A DNA stretch of 64,000 nt from Vulcanimicrobiales bacterium (GCA_038231455.1 JBBRLI010000016.1:9257-73256); one strand, 5' to 3'. Counted from the first letter of the stretch, positions 37,063 to 47,146 are shown. Made by a program: numbers and translations. The notes: generated by a model from the sequence alone, not told the origin.

Positions 37063-38397
37063 TTAGGCCGGCAGGCGCGTGAGACTCGCCGCGACGGGGG
37101 AAAGTTTGATCGCAATAATCGCCAGGTCATCGCCGATCGTCCCGCCGGAGCGTTTGCGGATCTCCGCGACGAGCGAATCGCAGATCGTCTGCGGATCGTC
37201 GCTCGCTCGAGCAAAAAGCGCGCGGATACCGTCTTCGCCGAGCAAGTCGCCCGACGCATCGCGCGACTCGGTCAGGCCGTCGGTTGCAAGCAAGATCGTT
37301 TCGTTCTCCGCCAGGCTCACGGTGTTTGCCGTAAAGAGTTCGTTTGGCCCAATGCCGACGATCGGACCGGTCACCTCGAGCGACTCGATGCGATCCGCGC
37401 GCCGGATGAACGCGGCGCTATGACCGGCGCTCGCGTACCGCATCGACATCGCGCGCGTATCGAGCAACCCCAAAAACAACACGACGAAGGTGGACGGGTT
37501 CGTGATTGTCTCGGCAAAGAGCCGGTTGAAGCGCGTGAGGATCACCGCGGGATCGTCGCCGTCCGTGGCAAGCGTCCGTAGTGCGTACTGGACGAACGCA
37601 CCGTCGACGGCCGCATCGATGCCTTTACCGCTGACGTCGGCGATGAGGATGTAGCCGCGATCCGAATCGAGCCGCCACGTATCGAGTAAATCGCCTCCGA
37701 TGAGCGCCTCGCGCGTTGCGGAGATGTACGTCGTGCCGATTTCCGTACGATCGAGCGAGCTTGCTTCCGCGCGCAACGCGCGCTGCAGGGTCGTGACAAT
37801 TGCATGTTCTTTATCGAGCGCAGCGACCGCCGACGCGCGCGAGATCGCGAGCATCAGCGCCCAGATCGCAAAGAGCGTGATAAGCCCGGCGCTGATCGCG
37901 ACCGTCGTATTGATGCGGCGCTTGAGGACGGTTTGAACCCGCTGATCTTCGACTTTGAGCCGCGTCCGAAGCGCGGAGACGTCGGCGGTGAAGCGGTCGA
38001 TCTCGAGTTTACTTTCGGTTAGCCGGCGGCGCGCCGCGAGCGGGTCGCTTTTCTTGAGCGGCGCGCGGGCGGAGACTTCCCAGCGCTGGTGCGCGATCCG
38101 GATGTCCTCGATGAGGTTCGCTGCATCTTCGATCTGGGCGCCGATCAGGCCGCGCGAGAGCGCGGTGAGGGCCGCGAAGGTCGGATCGTAGATCGCCGGG
38201 TCGGGCTCGTAGGTCGCTACCGGCACGCCCGCGCGCACCGCGGATTCCTCATCGAGCTGGGCGCGCAGGAGCGACTCGAGGTCCTCCTGGGCTGCCGTGA
38301 TGCGAAATTCGGTCGTCGCGGCCGCATCGAGCTGCCGGACAGCCACGATCGGCCCGCCGAGAGCGACGGCGAGAAACACGCCGATCAGCAGAAAAAT
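37063..38397 (-). CDS. Membrane-bound SpoIIE/PP2C phosphatase with extracytoplasmic helical sensor (start uncertain: GTG 38409, ATT 38397 or GTG 38379)
   Basis: Two TM segments around a helical domain; [28 protein letters not shown]. Confidence 0.88.
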   Translation of the reverse strand: MFLLIGVFLAVALGGPIVAVRQLDAAATTEFRITAAQEDLESLLRAQLDEESAVRAGVPVATYEPDPAIYDPTFAALTALSRGLIGAQIEDAANLIEDIRIAHQRWEVSARAPLKKSDPLAARRRLTESKLEIDRFTADVSALRTRLKVEDQRVQTVLKRRINTTVAISAGLITLFAIWALMLAISRASAVAALDKEHAIVTTLQRALRAEASSLDRTEIGTTYISATREALIGGDLLDTWRLDSDRGYILIADVSGKGIDAAVDGAFVQYALRTLATDGDDPAVILTRFNRLFAETITNPSTFVVLFLGLLDTRAMSMRYASAGHSAAFIRRADRIESLEVTGPIVGIGPNELFTANTVSLAENETILLATDGLTESRDASGDLLGEDGIRALFARASDDPQTICDSLVAEIRKRSGGTIGDDLAIIAIKLSPVAASLTRLPA

Positions 38398-38471
38398 TGG
38401 AGGCGACACCCAGATTCGAACTGGGGGTGGAGCTTTTGCAGAGCTCTGCCTTACCACTTGGCTATGTCGCC
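38398..38471 (-). tRNA. tRNA-Cys(GCA)
   Basis: GGCGACA acceptor stem, GAGCT-CTGCAAA-AGCTC anticodon arm, TTCGAAT T-loop, encoded CCA; 74 nt. Confidence 0.97.
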
Positions 38472-38507
38472 GTTCAAGAACGCCGTCGGGTAAGCTCGAC
38501 GTTCGAT

Positions 38508-38581
38508 TGGAGCGGGTGGCGGGAATCGAACCCGCGCGTCAACCTTGGGAAGGTCGCAGGCTACCATTACATCACACCCGC
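38508..38581 (-). tRNA. tRNA-Gly(CCC)
   Basis: GCGGGTG acceptor stem, CGACC-TTCCCAA-GGTTG anticodon arm, TTCGATT T-loop, encoded CCA; 74 nt. Confidence 0.95.
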
Positions 38582-38816
38582 CCGGCTGCATTGGTTGCAG
38601 CGGAGCGACAGAGCGCGTTCCGTGATCGTCTGAGGCGGTCCTGCCGTACGAGTGAGCATGCGTTCGTGTGGCTTCGACGAGCGCGAAGCGAATCACCGCG
38701 CGCTCGCCAAATTCTCACATCACAGTGTGGGGAGGGCCCGGTTGCCAACGTTTCGCAGCGCTCGCTCGTTTTTCTGGGTAGAGGTCGAATCGAAGACGAC
38801 CCATTCCGGAGGATTC

Positions 38817-39620
38817 ATGAAACGTACCATCGCGACACTGGCAGCCCTAGCACTGTGCCTGGGGGCCGCCGTTCCGGCTCTCGCCGACCAGCAAGAAGAC
38901 CAAATCGGTCAGCAAGTCTACCAAGAACTTGCGCAAAAAGGCGAGATCATCCATTCGTCGCCGTTCTATTCGACGCTCAATCCGATCGCAACGCAAATTA
39001 AGCGCGTCGCTGACCGGCAATATGACCGGCCGTTCACGTTCATTCTCGTCCACGAGAAATCGCCGAATGCGTTCGCCGTTCCGGGCGGCAACGTGTATGT
39101 AACCGATTCGCTGATGACGTTCGTGAAGAACCGCGAAGAACTCGCGGGCGTGCTCTGTCATGAGACCTCACATACGATCCATCACGACGTCATTCACAAC
39201 ATGAAGAAAGATCAGAACCTCGCAATCGGCGCGACGATCCTCTCCGTCTTGCTCGGTGGCCAGAAAAACGGCTATGTGAACGGCGGTATCAACATGCTCG
39301 CCGGCCTCAAGGCAAACGATTATTCGCGCGAAGTTGAAACCGCGGCCGATCACAAAGGTGCTGAAACGTGCGCCGCGGCCGGGTCGAATCCGTGGGGCAT
39401 GGTCTGGCTCTTCCAACAGTTTGAAAAAGCCAGCAGCGGGGGCTCGATGGAGATGCTCTCCGACCATCCGACCGATGACCATCGCATCGAAGACCTCCAA
39501 TCGGAGTTCAAAAACAACCCGCGGTTGTTCGGACACTACGATCCGGACATCAGCTCGGCTACGCCGCTCCATCTTGCCAGCCGACTCTCAGCCTCAAAGG
39601 CGCGCGTCGCCGTTCGGTAG
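38817..39620 (+). CDS. Secreted M48-family zinc metallopeptidase
   Basis: GGAGG RBS, signal peptide, NAFAVPGG, HETSH, YSREVETAAD, SDHP. Confidence 0.92.
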   Translation: MKRTIATLAALALCLGAAVPALADQQEDQIGQQVYQELAQKGEIIHSSPFYSTLNPIATQIKRVADRQYDRPFTFILVHEKSPNAFAVPGGNVYVTDSLMTFVKNREELAGVLCHETSHTIHHDVIHNMKKDQNLAIGATILSVLLGGQKNGYVNGGINMLAGLKANDYSREVETAADHKGAETCAAAGSNPWGMVWLFQQFEKASSGGSMEMLSDHPTDDHRIEDLQSEFKNNPRLFGHYDPDISSATPLHLASRLSASKARVAVR

Positions 39621-39639
39621 GACCTGCGTTCGGTAGACG

Positions 39640-39668
39640 AAAAAGCCCGGTGATCCCGGGCTTTTTTT
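39640..39668 (+). terminator. Intrinsic terminator (bidirectional-type)
   Basis: AAAAAGCCCGG-TGATC-CCGGGCTTTTTTT. Confidence 0.85.
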
Positions 39669-39691
39669 GTTGTCTTGCTAAGGAGTGCGCT

Positions 39692-41764
39692 ACGAGCATC
39701 CGTTCTTCGTTCATCCGTTTTGGGGCCGCGGTTTCTGCAGCCGCCCTGCTCGCATTTGCCGGCACGAGCGCCACGCGCGCGACCGGCATTCCGGGGCCGC
39801 TCGCCGCACCCGCCTTTGACACGGCCAACCTCGACGTGAGGTGTCCGGCGTGCAAAGACTTCTTTCAATACGCAACCGGCGGATGGCGCGCGAAAAACCC
39901 GATTCCGCCAGAGTATTCGTCGTGGGGCCGCTTCTCGACCACGTACGAAGCAAATCAAGCGGTCCTCCACGCAATCCTCGAGAGCGCGGCGGTCGACTCC
40001 GTCGCAGCACCGGGATCGACAACGCAGAAAATCGGCACGTTTTATAAAACGTGCATGGATACCGAGGCGATCGAGAAGCATGGTCTGGGCGGCATCGCCG
40101 AACCGCTCGCGGCCATCGACCGCATTGCGACGCGCGCCGCCGTTCAGCGTACGATCGAACGCCTGCAGCCGCTGGGAGTGAACGCGGTCTTTGCGTTCGG
40201 CTCGGCGCAAGATGCGAAAAACAGCACGCGCGTCATCGGTGAGATCGACCAAGGTGGCCTCGGACTTCCCGACCGCGATTATTACACCAAAACCGATGCA
40301 GCGAGCGTCAAACTACGCACGCAGTATGCTGCGCACGTCGCCAAAATTCTTCATCTCTTGGGCCAGAGCGACGCGCAAAGCACTGCCGATGCACGCGCGA
40401 TCGTGGCACTCGAGACCACGTTTGCGCGCGCGCAATTGACCAACGTCCAGTTGCGCGATCCGAATGCCAGCTACCATCTCTCGACGGTCGCAGCGATGCG
40501 CCGCGTCGCCCCCGATGTGAACTGGCCCGAATATTTCTCCGCGGTTGGCGCACCGAAGATGGCGCAGCTCAACATCGCGGAGCCCGGGTATCTTGGGGCC
40601 GTGAGTACGCTTCTCGCAAGCGAACCGCTCCCCGTCTGGCGCGCGTATCTGCGCTTTCACACGGTCGATGCCTTCGCGGCCTCGCTGCCAAAAACGTTCG
40701 CCGATGAGAACTTCGATTTCAACGAACGCATTCTCCAGGGAACGAAAAAACAACGCCCGCGCTGGAAGCGTTGCACCGCTGCGACCGACGCGTATCTCGG
40801 CGAAGCGCTGGGGCAAGTTTACGTCGCCAAAGCCTTCCCGCCCGCTGCGAACAAACGCGCGCACGAACTCGTCGAGAATCTTCAGGCGACGCTGCATGAC
40901 GATATCAGCACGCTTGCCTGGATGTCGCCTGCAACCAAAACGTACGCGCACAAGAAACTCGCCGCATACGCAAAGAAAATCGGCTACCCGAAAAAGTGGA
41001 TCGACTACTCGACCTACCACGTCGGGGACGATTCCTACGCGGCCAACACCGAACGCGGCCGCGCTTTTGGTTGGAAGCGGGATCTTGCAAAGATCGGTCG
41101 TCCGCTCGATCGCGGCGCCTTCGGCATGAGTCCGCCCACGGTGAATGCCTACTATAATCCGCAGCTCAACGAGATCGTGTTCCCGGCCGGGATCCTGCAG
41201 CCGCCGTTCTTCAACGAGAATGCCGACGATGCGATCAATTACGGCGCGATCGGCGCCGTCATCGGGCACGAAATGAGCCACGGCTTCGACGATCAGGGCC
41301 GCCAATACGACGCCGTCGGCAACTTGACCGACTGGTGGACCAAGAGCGATGCGGTGAAATTCGCGGCCCGCGCGAACTGCATCGTGAAACAAGCCGACAA
41401 CTACGTCGTCCTACCGGGTGTGCACGAAACCGGAAAGCTCGTGCAAGGCGAGGCCATCGCGGACCTCGGCGGTCTTACGATCGCGTATAAGGCCTACGAA
41501 CGCTCGCTGCGCGGTAAACCGCATCCCGCCCCGATCGACGGTCTCACCGCCGAACAGCGGTTCTTCATCGGCTGGGCGCAAGTCTGGGCCGAAACCGACC
41601 GACCCGAAAACACCAAACTACTCGTCAACACCGATCCCCACCCGGCACCGTCGTTCCGCGTCAACGCGACCGTATCGAACATGCCGGAATTTGCCAAAGC
41701 GTTCTCGTGTGATGCGAAGAGCGCGATGGTCCGCCCCGCCTCGCAACGCTGCGAGATCTGGTAA
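39692..41764 (+). CDS. M13 (neprilysin/PepO) metallopeptidase 1, secreted (apparent non-canonical start)
   Basis: CKDFFQYA, VNAYY, GHEMSHGFD, GEAIADLGG, RCEIW; AAGGAG at 39680 followed by ACG 39692 / ATC 39698 and a signal peptide. Confidence 0.93.
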   Translation, partial: TSIRSSFIRFGAAVSAAALLAFAGTSATRATGIPGPLAAPAFDTANLDVRCPACKDFFQYATGGWRAKNPIPPEYSSWGRFSTTYEANQAVLHAILESAAVDSVAAPGSTTQKIGTFYKTCMDTEAIEKHGLGGIAEPLAAIDRIATRAAVQRTIERLQPLGVNAVFAFGSAQDAKNSTRVIGEIDQGGLGLPDRDYYTKTDAASVKLRTQYAAHVAKILHLLGQSDAQSTADARAIVALETTFARAQLTNVQLRDPNASYHLSTVAAMRRVAPDVNWPEYFSAVGAPKMAQLNIAEPGYLGAVSTLLASEPLPVWRAYLRFHTVDAFAASLPKTFADENFDFNERILQGTKKQRPRWKRCTAATDAYLGEALGQVYVAKAFPPAANKRAHELVENLQATLHDDISTLAWMSPATKTYAHKKLAAYAKKIGYPKKWIDYSTYHVGDDSYAANTERGRAFGWKRDLAKIGRPLDRGAFGMSPPTVNAYYNPQLNEIVFPAGILQPPFFNENADDAINYGAIGAVIGHEMSHGFDDQGRQYDAVGNLTDWWTKSDAVKFAARANCIVKQADNYVVLPGVHETGKLVQGEAIADLGGLTIAYKAYERSLRGKPHPAPIDGLTAEQRFFIGWAQVWAETDRPENTKLLVNTDPHPAPSFRVNATVSNMPEFAKAFSCDAKSAMVRPASQRCEIW

Positions 41765-41773
41765 GGAGTACCC

Positions 41774-43837
41774 GTGCGATCCAGTCTTCTTCTTCGTTCC
41801 ATCGGTGTTGCGGCGCTCAGCGCGCTTGCGTTCACCGCCGTCTATCACGGCCCGCTTCCCGTCGGCGCATCCTCGGGTGTGCCGGCAGCAACGGCCGGCA
41901 TCAATAAAGCGAATTTCGATCCCACGTGTAAGGCGTGCGATGATTTCTATCAGTTCGTCAACGGCGGCTGGATCGCAAGTCACGAAATTCCGGCGAAATA
42001 CGGCGCATACGGCTCGCTCACGGCGATGTCGGAACGCAATCGCGACGTCGTCCACGAAACACTCGAAGCTGCCGCGAAAAATACGTCCGCTGCGGCCGGA
42101 ACGAACGAGCAAAAAGTCGGCGCGTTCTACCGATCGTGCATGAACGAGCCCGCGATCGAAGCCGCCGGCATCACGCCGCTACAGCCGGAACTGGCAAAGA
42201 TCGACGCGATATCCGATGTTAATTCGCTTGTTCTCGAGTCGGCGCACTTGCGCACGATCGGCGTCGGCACGCTCTTCAATTCCGGCTCAACGCAAGACGA
42301 CAAAGATTCGAGCAAACAGATCGCCGAGGTAAGCCAAGGCGGCCTGAGCCTCAACCGCGACTACTATACGGGCGACGATGACAAATCAAAAGACATTCGT
42401 GCCAAGTACGTTACCTACGTCTCAACGCAGTTTTCGAATCTCGGCGACGATCCGGCAAAGGCCTCAGCCGAAGCACAAAGTGTGTTAACGACGGAAACCG
42501 CAATCGCCCAGTACACGCTGCGCCGGGTCGAATTACGCGATCCTGCACTCAGCTATCACCCGATGCCGCTTGCAGACTTGCAGGCGATGGCTCCGGCGAT
42601 CGACTTCACGGCCTACTTTGCCGCTGAAGGCGCACCGGCGTTCGCTTCACTCAATAACGCACACCCGAATTTCATGAAAGGGTTGAACGCACAACTCGCT
42701 TCCGAGTCGATTGCCGACTGGAAGACGTACATGCGCTTCAAACTCGTCGACTCGTATACCGGCTCGTTGCCGAAGAAATTCGTCGATGCCAACTTCGCCT
42801 TCCGCGGCGTCGAGCTCGGTGGTGCAAAAGAACTGCCCCCGCGTTGGGAACGCTGCGTAGCGGCAACGGACCGCGTCCTAGGCGAGGCGATCGGTCAGGC
42901 TTATGTCGCACGCAATTTTTCGCCGGTCGCCAAAGCCAAGGCCCTCGCACTCGTGAATAACTTGCAGTCGACGCTTGCCGCCGACATCAAGACGCTGCCG
43001 TGGATGAGTTCGCCGACGCAAGCCTACGCCGAAAAGAAACTTACCGCATTCACAAAGAAAATCGGCTATCCGGACAAGTGGAAATCGTATTCAAAGCTCT
43101 CCGTCAGCGATGTTCCCTATGCGACGAACGCTATGGCCGCCAGCAGATTCTTCTGGAACGACGACGTCACACGTATTGGCAAACCGGTCGATCGCGCCGA
43201 ATGGGGTATGACACCGCCGACGGTCAACGCGTACTACAACCCCGCCAACAACGAAATCGTCTTCCCCGCGGGCATTCTCCAGACACCATTCTTTAGTGAG
43301 AAAAATGACGACGCGCTCAACTATGGTGCCGCGGGCGCGGTGATCGGGCACGAAATGACACACGGCTTTGACGATCAAGGCCGCCAGTACGACGCGACCG
43401 GAAACCGTATCGAGTGGTGGACCGCTGCGGATACCAAGAACTTCGATGCACGTAAAGATTGCATCGTGAGCGAGTACGACGCATTCGGCACCGCACCCGA
43501 CGCACACGAAGACGGCAAGCTCGTCACCGGTGAAGCGATTGCTGATCTCGGCGGCTTGACGATCGCATACAAAGCCTTCAAAAAGACGCCCGAATACAAA
43601 TCGCACAAAATGATCGATGGATATACGCCCGAGCAGCGCTTCTTCATCGCCTTTGCGACCGTCTGGCAGCAAAAGGCAACCGACAAGGCCGAGCGAGCGC
43701 AGATGAAAACCAACGAACATCCGCTCAATAAATTCCGCGTGATCGGCACGCTCGTCAACATGCCCGAATTTGCTGCGGCGTTCAAATGCGCCGCCACCGA
43801 CAAGATGGTCAAAAAAGACCGCTGTCAGATCTGGTAG
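41774..43837 (+). CDS. M13 metallopeptidase 2, secreted
   Basis: AAGGAG + GTG; CDDFYQFV, VNAYY, GHEMTHGFD, GEAIAD, RCQIW. Confidence 0.95.
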   Translation: MRSSLLLRSIGVAALSALAFTAVYHGPLPVGASSGVPAATAGINKANFDPTCKACDDFYQFVNGGWIASHEIPAKYGAYGSLTAMSERNRDVVHETLEAAAKNTSAAAGTNEQKVGAFYRSCMNEPAIEAAGITPLQPELAKIDAISDVNSLVLESAHLRTIGVGTLFNSGSTQDDKDSSKQIAEVSQGGLSLNRDYYTGDDDKSKDIRAKYVTYVSTQFSNLGDDPAKASAEAQSVLTTETAIAQYTLRRVELRDPALSYHPMPLADLQAMAPAIDFTAYFAAEGAPAFASLNNAHPNFMKGLNAQLASESIADWKTYMRFKLVDSYTGSLPKKFVDANFAFRGVELGGAKELPPRWERCVAATDRVLGEAIGQAYVARNFSPVAKAKALALVNNLQSTLAADIKTLPWMSSPTQAYAEKKLTAFTKKIGYPDKWKSYSKLSVSDVPYATNAMAASRFFWNDDVTRIGKPVDRAEWGMTPPTVNAYYNPANNEIVFPAGILQTPFFSEKNDDALNYGAAGAVIGHEMTHGFDDQGRQYDATGNRIEWWTAADTKNFDARKDCIVSEYDAFGTAPDAHEDGKLVTGEAIADLGGLTIAYKAFKKTPEYKSHKMIDGYTPEQRFFIAFATVWQQKATDKAERAQMKTNEHPLNKFRVIGTLVNMPEFAAAFKCAATDKMVKKDRCQIW

Positions 43838-43842
43838 GACCG

Positions 43843-45960
43843 ATGCTTCGTACACCACTCGCACGATTCGGTGCGGCCCTGGTTCTTGTCGGCGGGCTCG
43901 TGCTCGCCGACAAGGTCCACGCTGCAACCGGGACTGACCCCAAGACCGGCGCCGTCGAACCGGGCTCATCGCTTGCGATGACCTCGGCCAAACACGGCTT
44001 CGATCTCTCCCAACTCAACCCGGTCATCAACGCCTGCGCTAATTTCTATCAGTACGCGCAAGGCGGCTACCTCAAGACGCATCCGACGACACCCTCAAAA
44101 TCCAGCGTCGGTCAATTTGCCGATCTTGCCGACCGCAATCTTACCGTCGTCCATGCGATCCTCGATGAAGCCGCGGCAATGCCGAATGCAAAATCCGGTT
44201 CGCCCGAACAAAAAATCGGCGATGTGTACGCATCGTGCATGAACACTGCCGCGCGCGACGCTGCCGGCATCGCGCCGATCAAATCACTGCTCGACATCGC
44301 CTCGAGCGTAAAGTCCGCAGCGGATCTTCCCGGCGCGGTCGCGACGCTGGCGAATAACGGCGTCGGCTCGTTTTTTAATGCTGGCGGATCGACCGATCCC
44401 AAAGACTCGAATAAGGTCATCGCGCAGATCGGTCAGGGTGGCCTGGGTCTGCCCGAACGCAATTACTATCTTGCAACCGACGACCAATCCGTCAAGACGC
44501 GCGATGCGTACGTCGCGCACGTCGCGCGTACGTTCGTCCTCATCGGTGACGATGCAGCGACCGCTGACAAAGAAGCCAAGAGCACGATGGCGATTGAAAC
44601 GGCGCTAGCGACGGCATCGAAAAAGAATACGGAACTTCGCGATCCCCTCGCACGTGTCAATCCAACGACCGTCGCGGACCTTGCGACGCTCACGCCGCAC
44701 TTCGATTGGGTCACTTATTTTAAGGTTCGCGGGACGCCTGCGTTCACGACCCTCAACGACGTGACCCCGAGCTTCTTCCAAAGCGAAGACATCCTGCTCG
44801 CCTCCGCCTCGGGCGAGGATCTGCGCAGTTATCTGCGCTGGCGCGTCATCGACCGCTACGCACCCACACTCACGACGGCGCTCGAGACCGAAGCCTTCTC
44901 CTTTAGCGGCACCGTTCTCTCGGGAACCAAGGAACAGCGGCCGCAGTGGGAACGCTGCGCTCGCACGACGGATGGCATGCTCGGCGAAGCACTCGGCCAA
45001 GAGTACGTCAAACGCAATTTCCCGCCGGCGTCGCGTGCTCGCGCGCAGCAGCTCGTGAAAAACGTAATCGCGGCGCTTCGCGAAGACCTCACAACGCTTG
45101 ACTGGATGAGTCCCGCGACGCGGACCGAGTCGATCGCCAAGCTCGATGCAATCGGCGTCAAGATCGGTTATCCCGACAAATGGAAAGCCTACGCGGATCT
45201 ACCCGTAAGCCGAGCATCCTTTGCGGGCAATGTCATCCTTGCCGCGAGCGTCAACAGCAAGCACAACCTCGAACGGATCGGCGGGAGCCCGGATAAAGCC
45301 GAGTTCAGCATGACGCCGCCAACCGTGAATGCACGCTACAGCCCGAGCCTCAACGACATTCTCTTTCCCGCCGGCATCCTGCAACCGCCGTTCTTCAATC
45401 CGGCGGCCGACGATGCCATCAATTACGGCGGAATCGGCGCCGTGATCGGTCACGAAATGACGCACGGGTTCGATGATTCCGGTCGTCACTACGACGGAGC
45501 GGGTAACTTGCGCGACTGGTGGACCGCGGCCGATGCCGAGGCTTACACGAAGCGTGCGACATGCGTGAGCGACCAATTCGACTCGTATGTTGCGGTGAAG
45601 AACCCCGACGGAACCGATCTGCACGAAAACGGCAAGCTCGTGCTTGGCGAATCAATCGCGGATCTCGGCGGCATGACCGTCGCCTACAAAGCGTTTCTCA
45701 AGACGCCCGAAGCAAAAGCCAATCAAAAAATCGACGGCTTCACGCCAGAGCAACGCTTCTTCCTTGGCTACGCGCAAATCTGGGGCGCGAACCAAACGTA
45801 CGAAGCTGCCCGCTCGCGGACGCTTACCGATCCCCATCCCCTCAACAACTGGCGCGTGATTGCTCCGCTTTCGAATACCCCGGCGTTCGCGCAGGCGTAC
45901 TCGTGCAAAGCGGGCGACATGATGGTGCGTCCCGCAAGCCAGCGCTGCCAGATCTGGTAG
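43843..45960 (+). CDS. M13 metallopeptidase 3, secreted
   Basis: ATG 43843; CANFYQYA, VNARY, GHEMTHGFD, GESIAD, RCQIW. Confidence 0.95.
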   Translation: MLRTPLARFGAALVLVGGLVLADKVHAATGTDPKTGAVEPGSSLAMTSAKHGFDLSQLNPVINACANFYQYAQGGYLKTHPTTPSKSSVGQFADLADRNLTVVHAILDEAAAMPNAKSGSPEQKIGDVYASCMNTAARDAAGIAPIKSLLDIASSVKSAADLPGAVATLANNGVGSFFNAGGSTDPKDSNKVIAQIGQGGLGLPERNYYLATDDQSVKTRDAYVAHVARTFVLIGDDAATADKEAKSTMAIETALATASKKNTELRDPLARVNPTTVADLATLTPHFDWVTYFKVRGTPAFTTLNDVTPSFFQSEDILLASASGEDLRSYLRWRVIDRYAPTLTTALETEAFSFSGTVLSGTKEQRPQWERCARTTDGMLGEALGQEYVKRNFPPASRARAQQLVKNVIAALREDLTTLDWMSPATRTESIAKLDAIGVKIGYPDKWKAYADLPVSRASFAGNVILAASVNSKHNLERIGGSPDKAEFSMTPPTVNARYSPSLNDILFPAGILQPPFFNPAADDAINYGGIGAVIGHEMTHGFDDSGRHYDGAGNLRDWWTAADAEAYTKRATCVSDQFDSYVAVKNPDGTDLHENGKLVLGESIADLGGMTVAYKAFLKTPEAKANQKIDGFTPEQRFFLGYAQIWGANQTYEAARSRTLTDPHPLNNWRVIAPLSNTPAFAQAYSCKAGDMMVRPASQRCQIW

Positions 45961-45972
45961 CGATGGACCGGT

Positions 45973-46017
45973 GAAGAAAAAGGCGCTCCCTCATCTCGAG
46001 GGCGCGCCTTTTTCTTC
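45973..46017 (+). terminator. Intrinsic terminator closing the M13 array
   Basis: GAAGAAAAAGGCGCTCCCTC-ATCTC-GAGGGCGCGCCTTTTTCTTC long hairpin. Confidence 0.85.
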
Positions 46018-46087
46018 TTGATTCGCGCAACTCGAATACGGATCGCGAAGTACGTAGCCGTACGACGCACCTGTTGGGAGAACTCAA

Positions 46088-46237
46088 GTGGCTATCATTG
46101 ACGAACGCGAGATCGAACTCAAGAAAATTGCCGTCCAACTGACGGCTAGCATGCTCGACAATCATAACGGTGACTGGGATGATACGGAGACGGCAGCAGC
46201 GTTCCGCGTCATCTACGATGCGATCAAGAACGCCTAG
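46088..46237 (+). CDS. Small 49-aa protein missing from the ORF track
   Basis: GGGAG RBS + GTG; MAIIDEREIELKKIAVQLTASMLDNHNGDWDDTETAAAFRVIYDAIKNA; TAG abuts the next ATG. Confidence 0.7.
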   Translation: MAIIDEREIELKKIAVQLTASMLDNHNGDWDDTETAAAFRVIYDAIKNA

Positions 46238-47146
46238 ATGCATCTGAAGCGCACGCAGACCCACGGCGTTTGGGACCATTCCATCCCGCCGGTCATTCGT
46301 ATCGCACCCGGCGATACGATCGAGGTCGAACTCGAAAACGCATCGGGAGGGCAACTTGCCGCCGATTCGCCTGCAAGCGCTCTTGCGACGCTGGACTTTG
46401 GGCGGATCAATCCGGTCACGGGCCCGATCTTTGTCGATGGAGCGAAGCCGGGCGACGCGCTCGTCGTCGAAATTCTCTCGCTCGATGTCGATGCGTGGGG
46501 CTGGACGGCCAACATTCCCGGGTTCGGACTTCTCGCAGATCGATTCACCGAGCCGGCCTTGCGCGTCTCGCGGATCGCAAACGGCTCGATCGCCCTGTTC
46601 ACGGGAATGACGTTGCCGAGTGTGCCGATGATCGGAACGATCGGCGTCGCGCCCGCCGAAGCGGGGGCATACTCCGTCGTCCCGCCGACGAAATACGGCG
46701 GCAATATGGATATTCGCCATGTCGGCGCTGGCGCGACTCTCTATTTGCCGGTTGCCGTCGACGGCGCGCTACTCTCACTCGGCGATGGGCATGCCGCACA
46801 AGGCGACGGCGAAGTCTGCGGAACCGCGATCGAAACGACGAGCGTCGCGACGCTCCGCATCTCGATCAACCGCGGCCGCCACTTGCCCGCGCCGATGGTT
46901 CTCACCGATCCGCGCTCCCAGCGCACCGGACGCGCGTTTGCGACGACCGGTATCGGTCCCGATCTCCATGCGGCCGCACGCGATGCTACAAGCGCCATGA
47001 TCGCGGAGATCGCAAGCCGCACGAAACTCTCGGAGATCGACGCCTATCTGCTCGCGAGCGTTGCGGGTGATTTGAAAATCAGCGAGATCGTCGACGTTCC
47101 AAATTGGGTCGTCTCCTTACACATCGACGCAGCACTGCTCGCGTGA
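46238..47146 (+). CDS. Acetamidase/formamidase family protein
   Basis: NPVTGPIFVDGAKPGD, GGNMD, GDGHAAQGDGEVCGTAIE. Confidence 0.93.
   Translation: MHLKRTQTHGVWDHSIPPVIRIAPGDTIEVELENASGGQLAADSPASALATLDFGRINPVTGPIFVDGAKPGDALVVEILSLDVDAWGWTANIPGFGLLADRFTEPALRVSRIANGSIALFTGMTLPSVPMIGTIGVAPAEAGAYSVVPPTKYGGNMDIRHVGAGATLYLPVAVDGALLSLGDGHAAQGDGEVCGTAIETTSVATLRISINRGRHLPAPMVLTDPRSQRTGRAFATTGIGPDLHAAARDATSAMIAEIASRTKLSEIDAYLLASVAGDLKISEIVDVPNWVVSLHIDAALLA

Noticed and set aside
38398..38581. tRNA genes as an integration site
   Set aside because: No integrase, no duplicated tRNA 3' end and no compositional shift nearby.
39692..45960. M13 triplet as an assembly duplication or repeat array
   Set aside because: The copies are clearly diverged outside catalytic motifs and have different signal peptides.
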